The notes beneath the pieces were generated by a model, which made no database searches, was not told the origin of the DNA, and was given only the letters and a program-made list of their open reading frames with translations. The translations under genes and the position numbers were made by a program. This document shows positions 49,492 to 60,920 of a DNA stretch of 64,000 nucleotides, piece after piece; position 1 is the stretch's first letter; every line of letters begins with the position of its first letter. Source of the DNA: Octopus sinensis (lineage: Eukaryota); contig NW_021829832.1 of the NCBI RefSeq assembly GCF_006345805.1, positions 1 through 64,000 on the forward strand, given 5' to 3'.

Positions 49492-52400
49492 TCACATTTT
49501 ATTAATGGAAGCTGCAATCTCAAGAGAGTCTTTAACAAGTTGCTTGCGATATTCAATCAACTTGTGGAGGATCTCCCGCTCACTTATTCCATCAATATCC
49601 TCACGCAACCACGTTTTTGCCTTATGCATGTCGATTGGGGACTTGATTGACTTGGTGTCGAAATTCCTAATGAGATCCCAGTCACTCATGTGTTTTCGTT
49701 TACTTTTCATCATGTCAATAAACCTGGGAAAGTGAATAAACCTACTTTGCATAAATATCCAATGACTGGGTCTGGTTCTTCTGCACTTGTTCCACTGTGA
49801 ATGAGGGGGAGTCACGTGATGTTTCGGGGGCACGTCGTGGGAAAGGATGCCTTTGAGGATCGACGGTCGAGGGCCTCCCGGAATAGAAATGCCCATGTGG
49901 GATAGCATCAGTACTCCTCGAGTTGGCCGGATGCAATGAAACACCCAAATCGACTACTTTTCTCTAATACGACTATTCATAAAACTCCCCACCTTCCGCC
50001 CTGGCCGCTTCTTTTCTCTAAAAGTGGCATCTGCAATGAAGGAATTGGGAATATCAGGATATTTGCCATACAGCTGGTGACTGTACGGATTCCCCAGAAA
50101 ACACGTCCCACCGTATTGGTCGCTCGCCGTGAATTGCTGACAGATGATGGACGGACTTACTGCCAGGTCGAATGGTTCCCCAAAGTGGAGGATTTCGTCT
50201 TCTCTGTAGGACTTATTCTGTGCTGCACCAAACACCTACAAATGGAGAATGGGGAAATGCTTTGGGGAGTTGGTAGTCGGCTGAAAGAGGGACAAGTCCT
50301 CGTTCACTGTCCATGGAATGACGACATACGAAAACACGGGCATTGGGCACCTCGGTTGTCCTGACTGGAATATTACACCACACTCACATTGCGAAAATGC
50401 ATTTGCACCCATCACTTCGACACGGTGCTTTACTGAGGCAACCAAACATTGCACTCGGTGGGTAGTCACCGCCACATGCACGCTCGAAGGTTGGCCAGGA
50501 ATGGGGAATTCTTGTTGCATCGGCTCGAAGAAAAGACCCTCGATGACAATTTTGTCAGTCGCGTCACTAAAATGACCCGACCGAATAACATGAAAATCTG
50601 TTGGCAGAAAATGAATTTATCTGATTCCCCGTTGGAGAAGGCGTAGACATTCCCTGAAATGGCCACCCCAGTCATACCCAGTCGGACAAGTCCAAGTGAA
50701 CCAGGACAGTTGATTTGTGCATAGAATCTCCTTCCCTCCTCAGTTTTGAGGTGAATGGTCAACTGGAATAATCAGTCGGGGACAACATGACTGTCCGACA
50801 AGTAGGGAAAGCAAGTCGAATTAAACTCAAAACGTGGAAAAGAAGATTCTGAGCTCCTCCGAGAAAATGTAACATCTTTGGGAGTGAGTTTCCAGTTCTG
50901 TGTTGGCAAATGAGAGAAAACTTTAATTTTCTTGATCTCCTTTTTGCTGTGACTGTAGGAAGACTCACAGACGTGAATATTATCCGTGCTATAGTCCTAA
51001 CATTGAAGAGTCACGCAAAACTGGTGGGAAGAAGTGAGTGTAGTCACTCATGAACATGACAAAACAGGGTCCTTCCACGCAGTCCAAAAGCACCTCCTCT
51101 TGTTTGCCCACAATGAACACCTCCTAGGGATGAGTGTGGGGACTACTTGTGGCATGAACATGACATGCAGTGCCCCTCCACACAGGTTGTACAGTTCGTT
51201 TGGGAAGCAGAAGCAAGTGCCGGACAAGAAGACAGCCCCATTCCGGGCATAAAGGGAGGACACCGCGAGAATACGTCTATACCCAGTACTCGGAATTAAG
51301 AGAGTCGACCACTTTTTGAAATAATAGACGAAACTGCCGGACGAGTAACGACTTGTTTGGTGAGTGACGTAATCCAAAGACTGCGTGTCGTGAGTGGACA
51401 TGAGGAAAGGGTCATTGTCCGGGGTGGTCAGAAGGGCCGGCGACGATAGCAAGTTGTGGCACAACTCGTCACGTCGTCGAAAAAAGAATTTGCGGAGTTT
51501 GATGGAGTTGGAGTGCATCTGATGGAGAAGGGGGACTACCTGGGAGTCAATCTGTGAATAGGCCAGTCCGTACTCCAGAGTGGTGAGCACGTCAGTCTGG
51601 AACACGTCCAGTCTTCGGTAGTGTCCCTGCATATAGACCAGGGGGACAACCTCGAACAAGTGTTTGCAAATCCTGTCCCAACTCATGTAATCCCTGAGAA
51701 TGTAAGCAGCACACAACTTGTGTTCGATCGACTGAGTCTGGGCGAACACGTCAAACTCGTCGTCATACAAATCGGTCAGGAACTCGCACTCGTCGTCACC
51801 ACCCCCCTCGGACTATGCTCAACACACAACCACCACCCGCAGATTGTACGTGTCGACGAAGAGGGACACGAGGATGCGGAAGGCTTCCATTCGGGCATCC
51901 ACCACTGGGCCCTGACAACGGTAGTACTGGGCCACATGCTGTACAAGAAGAGCGTAGAGAGTGAGTGCGTCCTACGCCTCCCAAAACACGCCAACTCGAT
52001 ATATTTGAGACCGGGGGTCGTTGTACTGGAGAGCGTTGTCAAACATTTTCTTGTAGTCTGCGAAGGCTGTGTCGATGTGCGGGTATTTGGTGGACTTGAT
52101 GGTGGCCATGTCGATCGGACTGGTTATCACGTCGTAGTAGTCGGGGAATGTCTGTTCTGGTCATTCGCAATATCACGTGTTTGGAAGGGAGGATTAGGAA
52201 GGGAGTCGATATTCTCCGGCCGGACTCGTCGCGCACACTCCTCAGATCTCTGTAAATGCGGGACAGAGTCGTCTCCCTCGCCCGTTTGGCGTATATTCTA
52301 CCAATCACACACTCCTCCACCTCGAGAAGGGAGTCTGCTCGTTCTTTATTTGGTCCAATCGCGTGGCCAAGATGTGGGGAGTGGGGGAATGGCCAATCAC

Positions 52401-53559
52401 ACGTTTAAAGTCGTCGACCATTTCATTGACGTGGGAGTACTGCCGACTTAATACTATCAGCACTTGTCCAGAATTTATTTTGTGTCGAATTGTGGGGAGA
52501 TCAATCGACTGCCCATTCCACCACTCCTCGGAGAGTCCCTAACTGTGTGGTGGGGGAGGCACGTGGGTGATTTGAGTGTATTTGCTGTCCAGGTAGGCAA
52601 TGAGTCGTCCATACTCCACGAATAGTTGTTGTGCCTCAGTCGAGAGTGAGTAGTTCTTCTAATTGTCTCACCCAACCACACAAACGTCGATCATTTGGTT
52701 TTTTTGAAGGAAACTGGAGAAGAGTCGTCTCATCTGAGTCAAACTGACACATTCCTCCTTCTCGAACATAGTCAGACTGTCCACCACTCTCCCAACCTGC
52801 TGTGTCGGCCTGACAGTGAATGTGCATGTCTACAGATTGTCCAGGCGTTGTCGAATCAGCAATGTGAGTTGTTGGAAGAGGGAGGGACACGACTCGTCTG
52901 CCTCGTCGGATGATTCCCTGCCCTCCTCCGACGACCCGTCCTCGTCAGAACAGAGGTCGGCCACATCTCGATAGGCAGAACAGCCCCCCCTGCAGGTTAT
53001 GCACAGTCCTCACATTTGGGGCGACTCGACTGAGCGGAATGACTCAACCAGACATTTGAGGACACGTGCGTCCTGTTGGGGATATCGAATATACTTTGGC
53101 CATTTGGGAGTCTGGTGGGTTGTAGAGGAGTGCGTTGTCGAAAACAGTGCACAAGTCGTGACTACAGCGTGCCAGACTGCACTTGTTATCCTGAATATTC
53201 CTGGCAATAGTCCGCAGATCCATCGGTCGTGTGATAATATCGTGTTCCTGTCTACAGCGGGACAGGCCAACTTGGATAGAGGGCTGCATAATGAATTCCT
53301 GGGCGAGTCTTCTCTTCCGGGCCCCTCTCTTGTCGTAGATGTGCTGGAACAGTTGTGCTGCGGCGTGGGAGTTGGCTGTGAGGGGAGTCTGGTGATTATT
53401 ATAGTCATTACCCTGTTCGGAGATGAACAGTTTTGTTGTCGCAAATCAATATTCTGATAGCTGTTATTACGCAATTCATACTTTGTCAATTGCGGGTTGG
53501 TCGCCCGGAAAATCGTTGGAGGATGACCACTCTTCCTGCCTGGACCGTTTGGCGCTCAT
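49492..53559 (-). CDS. PBRM1: Polybromo-1 (bromodomains, two BAH domains, conserved C-terminus)
   Basis: MSAKRSR start; bromodomains RPMDL..FDNALLYN and SPIDM..MFDNALQYN; BAH AVFLSGTCFCFPNE; C-terminus RFIDMM..HMSDWD..WL..QLVKDSLEI. Confidence 0.82.
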
Positions 53560-53994
53560 CACTGTAACTCACAATGTCTGATTGATATTGATTATAATAT
53601 ACATGAAATGAAATTATTTACGATATATTTTTCATTATTCGGAATCCATTTTAAATACGCTATTTAAGGTATACAAATCGTGCATATTGACCTTATTGCT
53701 AATTCAGAATTCGAGCCTTCCACAGGAGAGGACACTTTGATGTCCCCTGCACGACTATTGCGCATTAACCCCCACAAACGTATATTTGATTGAGAAATTA
53801 ATTTTACCTAAAACACATTCTTTTTGATGAGTGATCACTGTCTTCACCCAAAGCAGACGGAGGTATCTAAAGTCACTTCAATTATCCTTTTTTGTTTCCC
53901 CGTGTGGATATCCAATCTATAAAATAAATATTGAACTGAATATTATTAAATACCCGCGTGTGTAAATTAGTTTAGTGGATTATATCGATTGTTG

Positions 53995-54524
53995 ATGAGT
54001 AATATACTCGACGACAGCAAACAAGTAATCAGAAAAATATACACTCGAATGGACAAACAACAGTTTTCTGATTTTGCCATTTGGCTGGACCTCAAACTAT
54101 CCGAGTACAAGTCGACCAACTCGATCAATTTCGACAGTACTGTCCCTGTCTCACATTCCAGCCGTTCTCCCACAAAAGTACCCTCCGTGGATAATGGACT
54201 CAGTCCACTACAACGTGTTGGAGGCAATCGGGAAGAACTGTCCTACCCCCACCAAGAAAACATCCAAAAATGGCAAACATTTTCGGACTGTTGGTCATGT
54301 ATGGTCACCCTACTTAGAATCGACTGAGATCTCCCCGAACGCCTCAGAAATCACCGGGACTGGTCGTTCCTGGTTATTTAAATAAGTCACCGACGACCGT
54401 GCTTTCGAAAGAGCAGGAATCGTACTGTTCGGTGTGCAATATTCACTTTGTGGACGACGCTCTATTCAAGGCACACGTCCTCACTCACTCATTCAAGGAT
54501 ATTAAGATTTTAAAGACGTTGTAA
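53995..54524 (+). CDS. Small C2H2 zinc-finger protein
   Basis: Final exon YCSVCNIHFVDDALFKAHVLTHSFKDIKILKTL*. Confidence 0.55.
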
Positions 54525-54552
54525 ATGTCCCTCTTTTCCTTAACAAACACCC

Positions 54553-55844
54553 TCATATACACGACAGTGAGCATGATAGGGAACAATAAGGACGGGAATA
54601 ACACTCGAATGACTCCCCTCTCTCACTGGGCCTCCTCCAATACCGCCCCGTCAAAATGGGTTCCCCGCACACACAGGCACTGGCCCCCAGCAAATAAAGA
54701 CGAGTGATGAGAGGAGTGTGGGGGGATGAGTTGTCGAGGAGGAAGGACCCGATTTGTTGGACGACGGGCGTGGGATGTTGACTGAGGAAGTGAATCCTCA
54801 GAATCCTTCGGCCACACAAATCCTTGAGGGAGAGGACGTGAGTGGGAGTGTTGTGGGGAGGAGGGAGGACTGTGATTTGGTCATAGATGGGTGTGAGTGG
54901 CTGAGAAAAGGGTTCCATCACAAAAGTGGGGAGCACTCGCAGTGGATTCGAACTCAGATCAATTCGCCTACCATTTCAGGACTGTGGGCCAACCGCAGGT
55001 TACGGAGGTGGTAGAGAGAGTCGGGGACCACTGATAGTCGGTTGTGGGACAAGTCGAGGGAAACCAACTCGCGGAAGAGGAAGAAGTGTGGGTCGACCAC
55101 CTCCACCACGTTTCGGGCAATCTCCAGCACCCGCAAGGACTGTTGTAGTCTGTCTGCAATGAGAAAGGCCAGTACCTCGGCAGACGAGTCCCGGGAGGTG
55201 TGAAATGGCATTGTCTGAGAGAATGAGGTGGCGGAGGGGCAGGCAAGTGGCACAGCACGGGAATTGAGTCAACTCATTGTTGGAGAGGTCGCAGAACTAG
55301 CAGTGAGGACACGCCCGAACCGTCAGATGGCGGAGGGGGGTGAGGAATGAGTGGACGAACCCCTCCGAACACCCCCTCAGAACTGCCCTCTCCAGACTGC
55401 CTCCCCCTCCTGAGTACTCGTCCTTGGTTATGACCACTTCAGTCTGGCTGACTATTCGGGTGGACAGGTCGGCGAAGAGGGCGAGTATTGCCTCCCCATT
55501 CAAGTCCCTGCAGTGTTCGAGGAAGGGGGTGATGCACTCCGGGGGGGCCTGCATGCTCCATTCAGAGCTTACATTTCTAATCAACACACTTCGGTTTGGG
55601 TTCTTGAAGGAAATGGAGGCCTTTCCCAGGTTGGCGAATTTGTTGTAGACACCCGAAATGTTGTCCTTGGTCTGTGGAGGTGAGGGGAGGGGGGTACCAG
55701 GAGGAAGGAGTACTCATTCGCGTTGACATGACTGATCAGCAGAACACACCTCCCCTTCTCTAACCTTACTTGGATTATTGACTTTTTGAATCTATAATTG
55801 GATATTCTCCGTCCCGGCTCCACCACCGCGGCCTCACATTCCAT
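54553..55844 (-). CDS. LRR1: Leucine-rich repeat protein 1 (CRL2 adaptor)
   Basis: MECEAAVV..KDNISGVYNKFANLGKASISFK (PH-like N-terminus); LRRs (LVSLDLSHNRL); box LSLKDLCGRRIL; ACVC...YCSLSC tail. Confidence 0.8.
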
Positions 55845-55898
55845 TCTATTTAATTTTATTGACCAACCAAATAATATTTGCAACGTATTTAAATAGTT

Positions 55899-56387
55899 AT
55901 GATCGAGTCGTACAAACTTAGTGACGATTTCCCTACTTATTACATTTGCTATATTCGTGGGCTGAACACTGTCCTCAACATCGCAGACCTGCTCGACGAC
56001 AACTTGATATTCGTCAAATCTGAATTGGTATTCCATTTCTCTTAATTCGAGGTTTATGACCTCATCCAACTACTCAGTGCCTGTCTCAAGGCAACCATTC
56101 TCGAAAAAGAAGACAAATTGATCACCAAATCGTTTGCCACCCAAGTCCTTCTGAATTTATCGGGAAGACGCAATGTAGTGCCTCGTGTTGATAATCAGAT
56201 TTCCGAGTCCCTCAAGCTCTTTGGGTACGACGGGGGTGACAATGTGCTTATTTGTTCCACCAACGAAGAACTTTTAAGAAAGTATACTCGGGAGATTGAC
56301 GGTGTCCTCACTACAACTACTAAACTGAGACAGCATTCGTCCCTCTCTGACATTTCCACAGTATTGAACCGTGCGGTGACGGTTTAG
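55899..56387 (+). CDS. TPRKB: KEOPS subunit CGI-121/TPRKB
   Basis: DDFPTYY..|VYDLIQLLSACLKA..LITKSFATQVLLNLSGRRN|ISESLKLFG, with two 24-nt introns. Confidence 0.8.
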
Positions 56388-56608
56388 GTTTATTCCATTG
56401 AAAATTATAAGAATATGAACGAAAAGGACATCCTGTCTTTCATTTTGTCCAAAATAGCAGTTTCGAACATTTAATTTTTCTTAATGCCACTTTCTTATTA
56501 TAATGCGATAATGTTTTCTGTGGACTATTCCACAACTCAACACTATCCTTACAAACAATCGGTGAGAGCATTTGAGGGTACTTATTTGTTAGTAGAATTA
56601 TATTAAAA

Positions 56609-58960
56609 TTATTTTCTCATCATCAGGACATTTTTACTCCGCACTTCTTTATAGAGGCTCTGATTCAACTTGCGAATGACAAATCGCATGCTGCTGACCA
56701 CGTTTATGTAATATGCCAAGACCAGTCTGGAGAATATAATTAGCATCGTACATCAAAATGAGCAGAACAAAGACTACTACTGGCGCGGAAATGGAGAAAT
56801 TCAGAAAATCGTAGAAATATAGATTAATGGACAGGAGGGTTGTGGACAGACTACTAAACATGGTGGGATATTCGCGAAATGGACCACAACCTTTCGAGGG
56901 TGTTTGGCTGGAAAACCAGTTTCAATAATACCTGAATATAATGTAGGATATAGGGATTGTCAAAATGAGGTACATTAGTAACAAGAATACAAGGAATAGT
57001 CCCATTATGTTCGAGGAGACGTAGGCCTTCTTTTGTGGGACTGTAAAATAGTATATCGATATCTAATAGTCCACACTATTCTTACTAGTTTTAAATAAAA
57101 CGTAATCAAATATTTGATGGCACATATTGCTGAAAACAGTGGGGAAAAACACGCCCCGATCCTAAACATTAATCTCCATTTTCACCAAGCAATTGTCTGG
57201 TTGTAAATTAAATCCAAAACATTTTTTAATATTGAAAATTCTGGGGGTTTGAGTAGTTTCCCACTGCAGCATCTGTAGAGAGATAATATCACATGCCTAA
57301 CTTTCTGCAAGGCTCCACAACAACTGTCAACACACTTGAGACAATAAAGTCCATAATCAAGAGTTTGTACAACTGTTGGGCGACGTATGTTTCCCAGCAC
57401 TTCACATATATCCGTCACCCTTACCGTGATTGCAGTACAACTCCCCGTGCTGGTATAACACGAGTCTTTTGGCTGGCAAGTGATTTGACTGTAAAGAGTG
57501 TATATGAGAATTGAGAACGACGCAAGTTTGATAATAATAGTCCTGTCCGCATTACTAATATTGCACCACCTCATGAGAACTACTTTGAGTTCTGTTCTGG
57601 CCAAGTAGTCCTCCCAGACGACGACCAGTTCGACAATAATCGGGATGATGATGTTGAGCAAGACCAATGTCAGTGAAGGAGCATATTCGATAAACAGTTT
57701 GTAGTTGGGGTTATCAATGAGGTATTGTCCAGATTTAGTAACCTACAACTAAACATTGTGCAGTATGACTTGGAGGGAATACGAATAGACATAGTATATC
57801 GCATATCCGCTTGCTCCAAGAAGACCGAGGACGAACAAGTTAATTAGAATTCGCTTTGAATACAAAACTATTTTTTGGCAAATTGACCGATTTTGCCTTC
57901 TTACCAAATCATTTTGTTCATTAAGACAGTCCTAAAAAGATTGTTTTTACTATACTAACCAGGATCTCAAATGTTAGGTTGTTTGTCACTGTTTCGTTTA
58001 CTTTCTTGTTTGTTTGAATGAAATCTTTTCCAGCATAAACAAAGCCAGAGAAAACATTTTGTCCAATTTTCTGAGATTTCTCTTTGATTAGACTTTTGAC
58101 CGAATAATTAATGCTGAAATGGCGAGAGTATTGCATCTTACCTTAGTGAAAGGCTTATCAGACTAATAAGGTAGTAGGCAAATAAATTAATCAAGTAAGC
58201 GACTGACATGTCGTATGTGAAATTGATTCCCAGTAAACTACTCAGGTCACTATTTACGCCCTTATAATATCCGTAGAATAAGCCGGAATTCTCCATCCAA
58301 CCCTTTAATATATTTTCAAGTCTACCGATCCTTGAATGAAATCTTGGATCAGAGCCACGGCCGTATATGTTATATTAATGGAATACAACGCGCTGCACGA
58401 CCGTGACAAATTGAAGGCATGAGTTTCTAGTCCTGTCACTGCTGCAGTGTAGGGATCATAATTGGAGTACAAGATTTGATTTGGTATGAATGTGAAAATA
58501 ATATTGATGATTGCAGAAAAAAAGTTCATGTAAAATAAAAATTTTATCAGTACAAAATAAGATCTGATCCCAACCCCAAAATTTACTAAAAAATAAATTT
58601 CAACATTACAAGAAATGCGTCGGAGTATTCCTGAAAAAAGTGAAAAGCGGCCTGTAATTTGGTTTTGCGATGTCGCTTTGAACTGGAATTTCAAGTCAGA
58701 AAATTGTTACATTTTTATATTTTGATTTATCTTTGCGTATTGTGATATGCTTTTCGGCTATCATTCGATCTCTGAGGTCATTAATTGATTGTCCTCAACC
58801 TTACTATTTTTTTGACATATATTGGACAGTCCAGTTGTTTCAGAAATTCCAAACTGTCGCGGTCTTTTCTATTTTCGTCATCTTCAAAATGCTCTGAGAT
58901 TTTCGTGTTAATCAACACTTCTTGAATCAGTGCATCTATTTGTTCCTGGTTGATCATCCT
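56609..58960 (-). CDS. TMC: Transmembrane channel-like (TMC) protein
   Basis: FGVGIRSYFVLIKFLFYMN, multiple TM segments, C...CW. Boundaries approximate. Confidence 0.75.
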
Positions 58961-59401
58961 CTGGCCAGTTGGACTCGGATGAATTTTTCTAAATAAACTG
59001 AGCTATTATATATCTCTCAGACCACGCTATAATAAAACATATGTTTTAATAAATCTATAACGAATGAATTTACTTTGCAATTGGCATTATCAAAGTACGT
59101 CTGTATGTATTGATATACACAAATTTAGTAATCTCTATGGATATACATTATTCGGCACAAATCAATTAAACTTTCGAAATTCTTATATCGATAATCTTAA
59201 TATGCAATGCTTTCGATTTATACTTTAATCGATACTAACATTACAAGACAAAGATTGTTTATAAGTCACTAGCTCAGCAGTTCGCTTCGCTCACTGCGAG
59301 CTAGCTCCTGCGGAGGCCCTGCTCGCTACGCTCGCAGTTTCCTTAAATAACTATAATTTATGTAGATATATAAATGCGACCTGCTTTGATATAACCTTAT
59401 T

Positions 59402-60215
59402 CTAAGGCCTGTGGATAAACGATGTTTGCAGTCCGTCCATCCTTGGCAAATATAAATAAATTTCTCTTCTACCTACCCTTGAGCACCCCACATACAGCTG
59501 GCCATGTGAAAAGCACTCGTTCTCTAAAAATAAGCCTACTACCTTTAAAGACTGTCCCTGGGCCTTGTTTATTGTCATTGCAAAACTTATCTTCAGCGGA
59601 AATTGTAGTCTCTTAAATCTATCGCAGGCCCTTTCATGGTCCATAATAACGTCGACCGATTTATATATTCTTTCTCTGCCAGGGATTTTCATTAATAAAT
59701 CTAAATTTATATTAAGTACCTCATCATTAAGTGGAGCTAATATAGCTCGTTCACGCAGCCAGTCGAAATTCACGTAGTGTTCAGATAGTTCGGAATAGAC
59801 GGCATTCAATAATTCTTCTGCTGTTTCTACGAAAATACATAATTCTTCCGGTAGCCTAATTTTCTGGTCGTGCATTTCTGAAGTGATTGCCCCATTTCCA
59901 ATATCTAGAAGGATTTGTGGGAATATGCTATTAACGCCTTGTAAATGTGCATGTACATTTACATCTAAGCTTACCTTTTTCACGTGTGTCCACAAATATG
60001 ACGATTTGAGGCAGGCATTCAATTCATCCGCAGGCGTCCCTCTTTGAATAATTGGCAGCGTCTGTCTAAAATCACCTGCCAATACAACTAATGCTCCCCC
60101 AAACAAATGGTCGCTACAATTCTTGATATCTCTATATGTTCGGTCAACTGCTTGAATGCGCCTTTATGAGCCATCGTACATTCATCCCAAACAATTAACC
60201 TAGAATGCATAATTC
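59402..60215 (-). pseudogene. Helitron PIF1-like helicase remnant
   Basis: IVWDECTMAHK, FGGALVVLAGDFRQTLP, RLQFPLKISFAMTINKAQGQSL, FSHGQLYVGCSRV; the central part is deleted. Confidence 0.9.
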
Positions 60216-60839
60216 TATTACCCGTAGTTGAGTCTAACAGCAGTCCTGACCTTGTTCAGCTGTTGTCTAAGTTCCCTCACCATTTAAGCACATCTTCCCT
60301 CGTTTCTCTTTTTTTGTTATATGGTTCATATTCTCTTGTTTGTTAACATTCTCAGATCTCTCTTTATAGGACATTCTTATGATTTTGTAAACGCGAATCA
60401 GTAATTTATATTAAATTTTCTACGTAAATTTATTTAGTGAAATTTATGTAAAGTGTATTATCCAATCAAAGCCATTATACTTAATTGCCTCTATGTTTAA
60501 AGGAATTGAAACTTTAGCATAATCGAACTTGTCTGTTTCGGTAAAGAAAATGATAATCAGCTTCATCTTTGTAGTATTATAAGGAAAAAAATTAAAGCCT
60601 GTTAAATCAAGGAGATTTAAATATAGGCAAATTGAAATTTACATGACTAATTTAAATTTTATTTGCCTCTATCTTTTAAGAAATCTAAACAGTAGCATAA
60701 TCGAATTTGTCAGTTTCGGCAGTTAAAAAGAATCAATTATGTAAATCTCTAATAATTTTTGCTTTTTCCTTTTTAGTGGTTTTCAAAATCTGATAATTGC
60801 ACAGTCTATTCATGGTCGATAACAATTAGAGATTTTATT

Positions 60840-60920
60840 TTATTTTTTTAACGAAAATTTAACAAAAAAGAATTTATGTCATCGAAAAAAGATAGCTAAG
60901 CTAATTAATGGCCTCACGAG
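60840..60920 (-). mobile_element. Very short CRE-like 3' end abutting array 2
   Basis: 60890-60920 matches 17881-17911 (CRE A stop-codon region and 3' UTR) at 28 of 31 nt, and is followed by an A-rich tail. Confidence 0.6.

Noticed and set aside
46287-53489. Numerous 60-270 aa antisense or alternate-frame ORFs
   Set aside because: Expected shadows of GC-rich TRAPPC8 and PBRM1 exons; no independent motifs.
55581-56069. 162-aa minus-strand ORF overlapping TPRKB
   Set aside because: Its first ~75 codons are antisense to TPRKB and the intergenic gap. LRR1 homology begins at the internal MECEAAVV.
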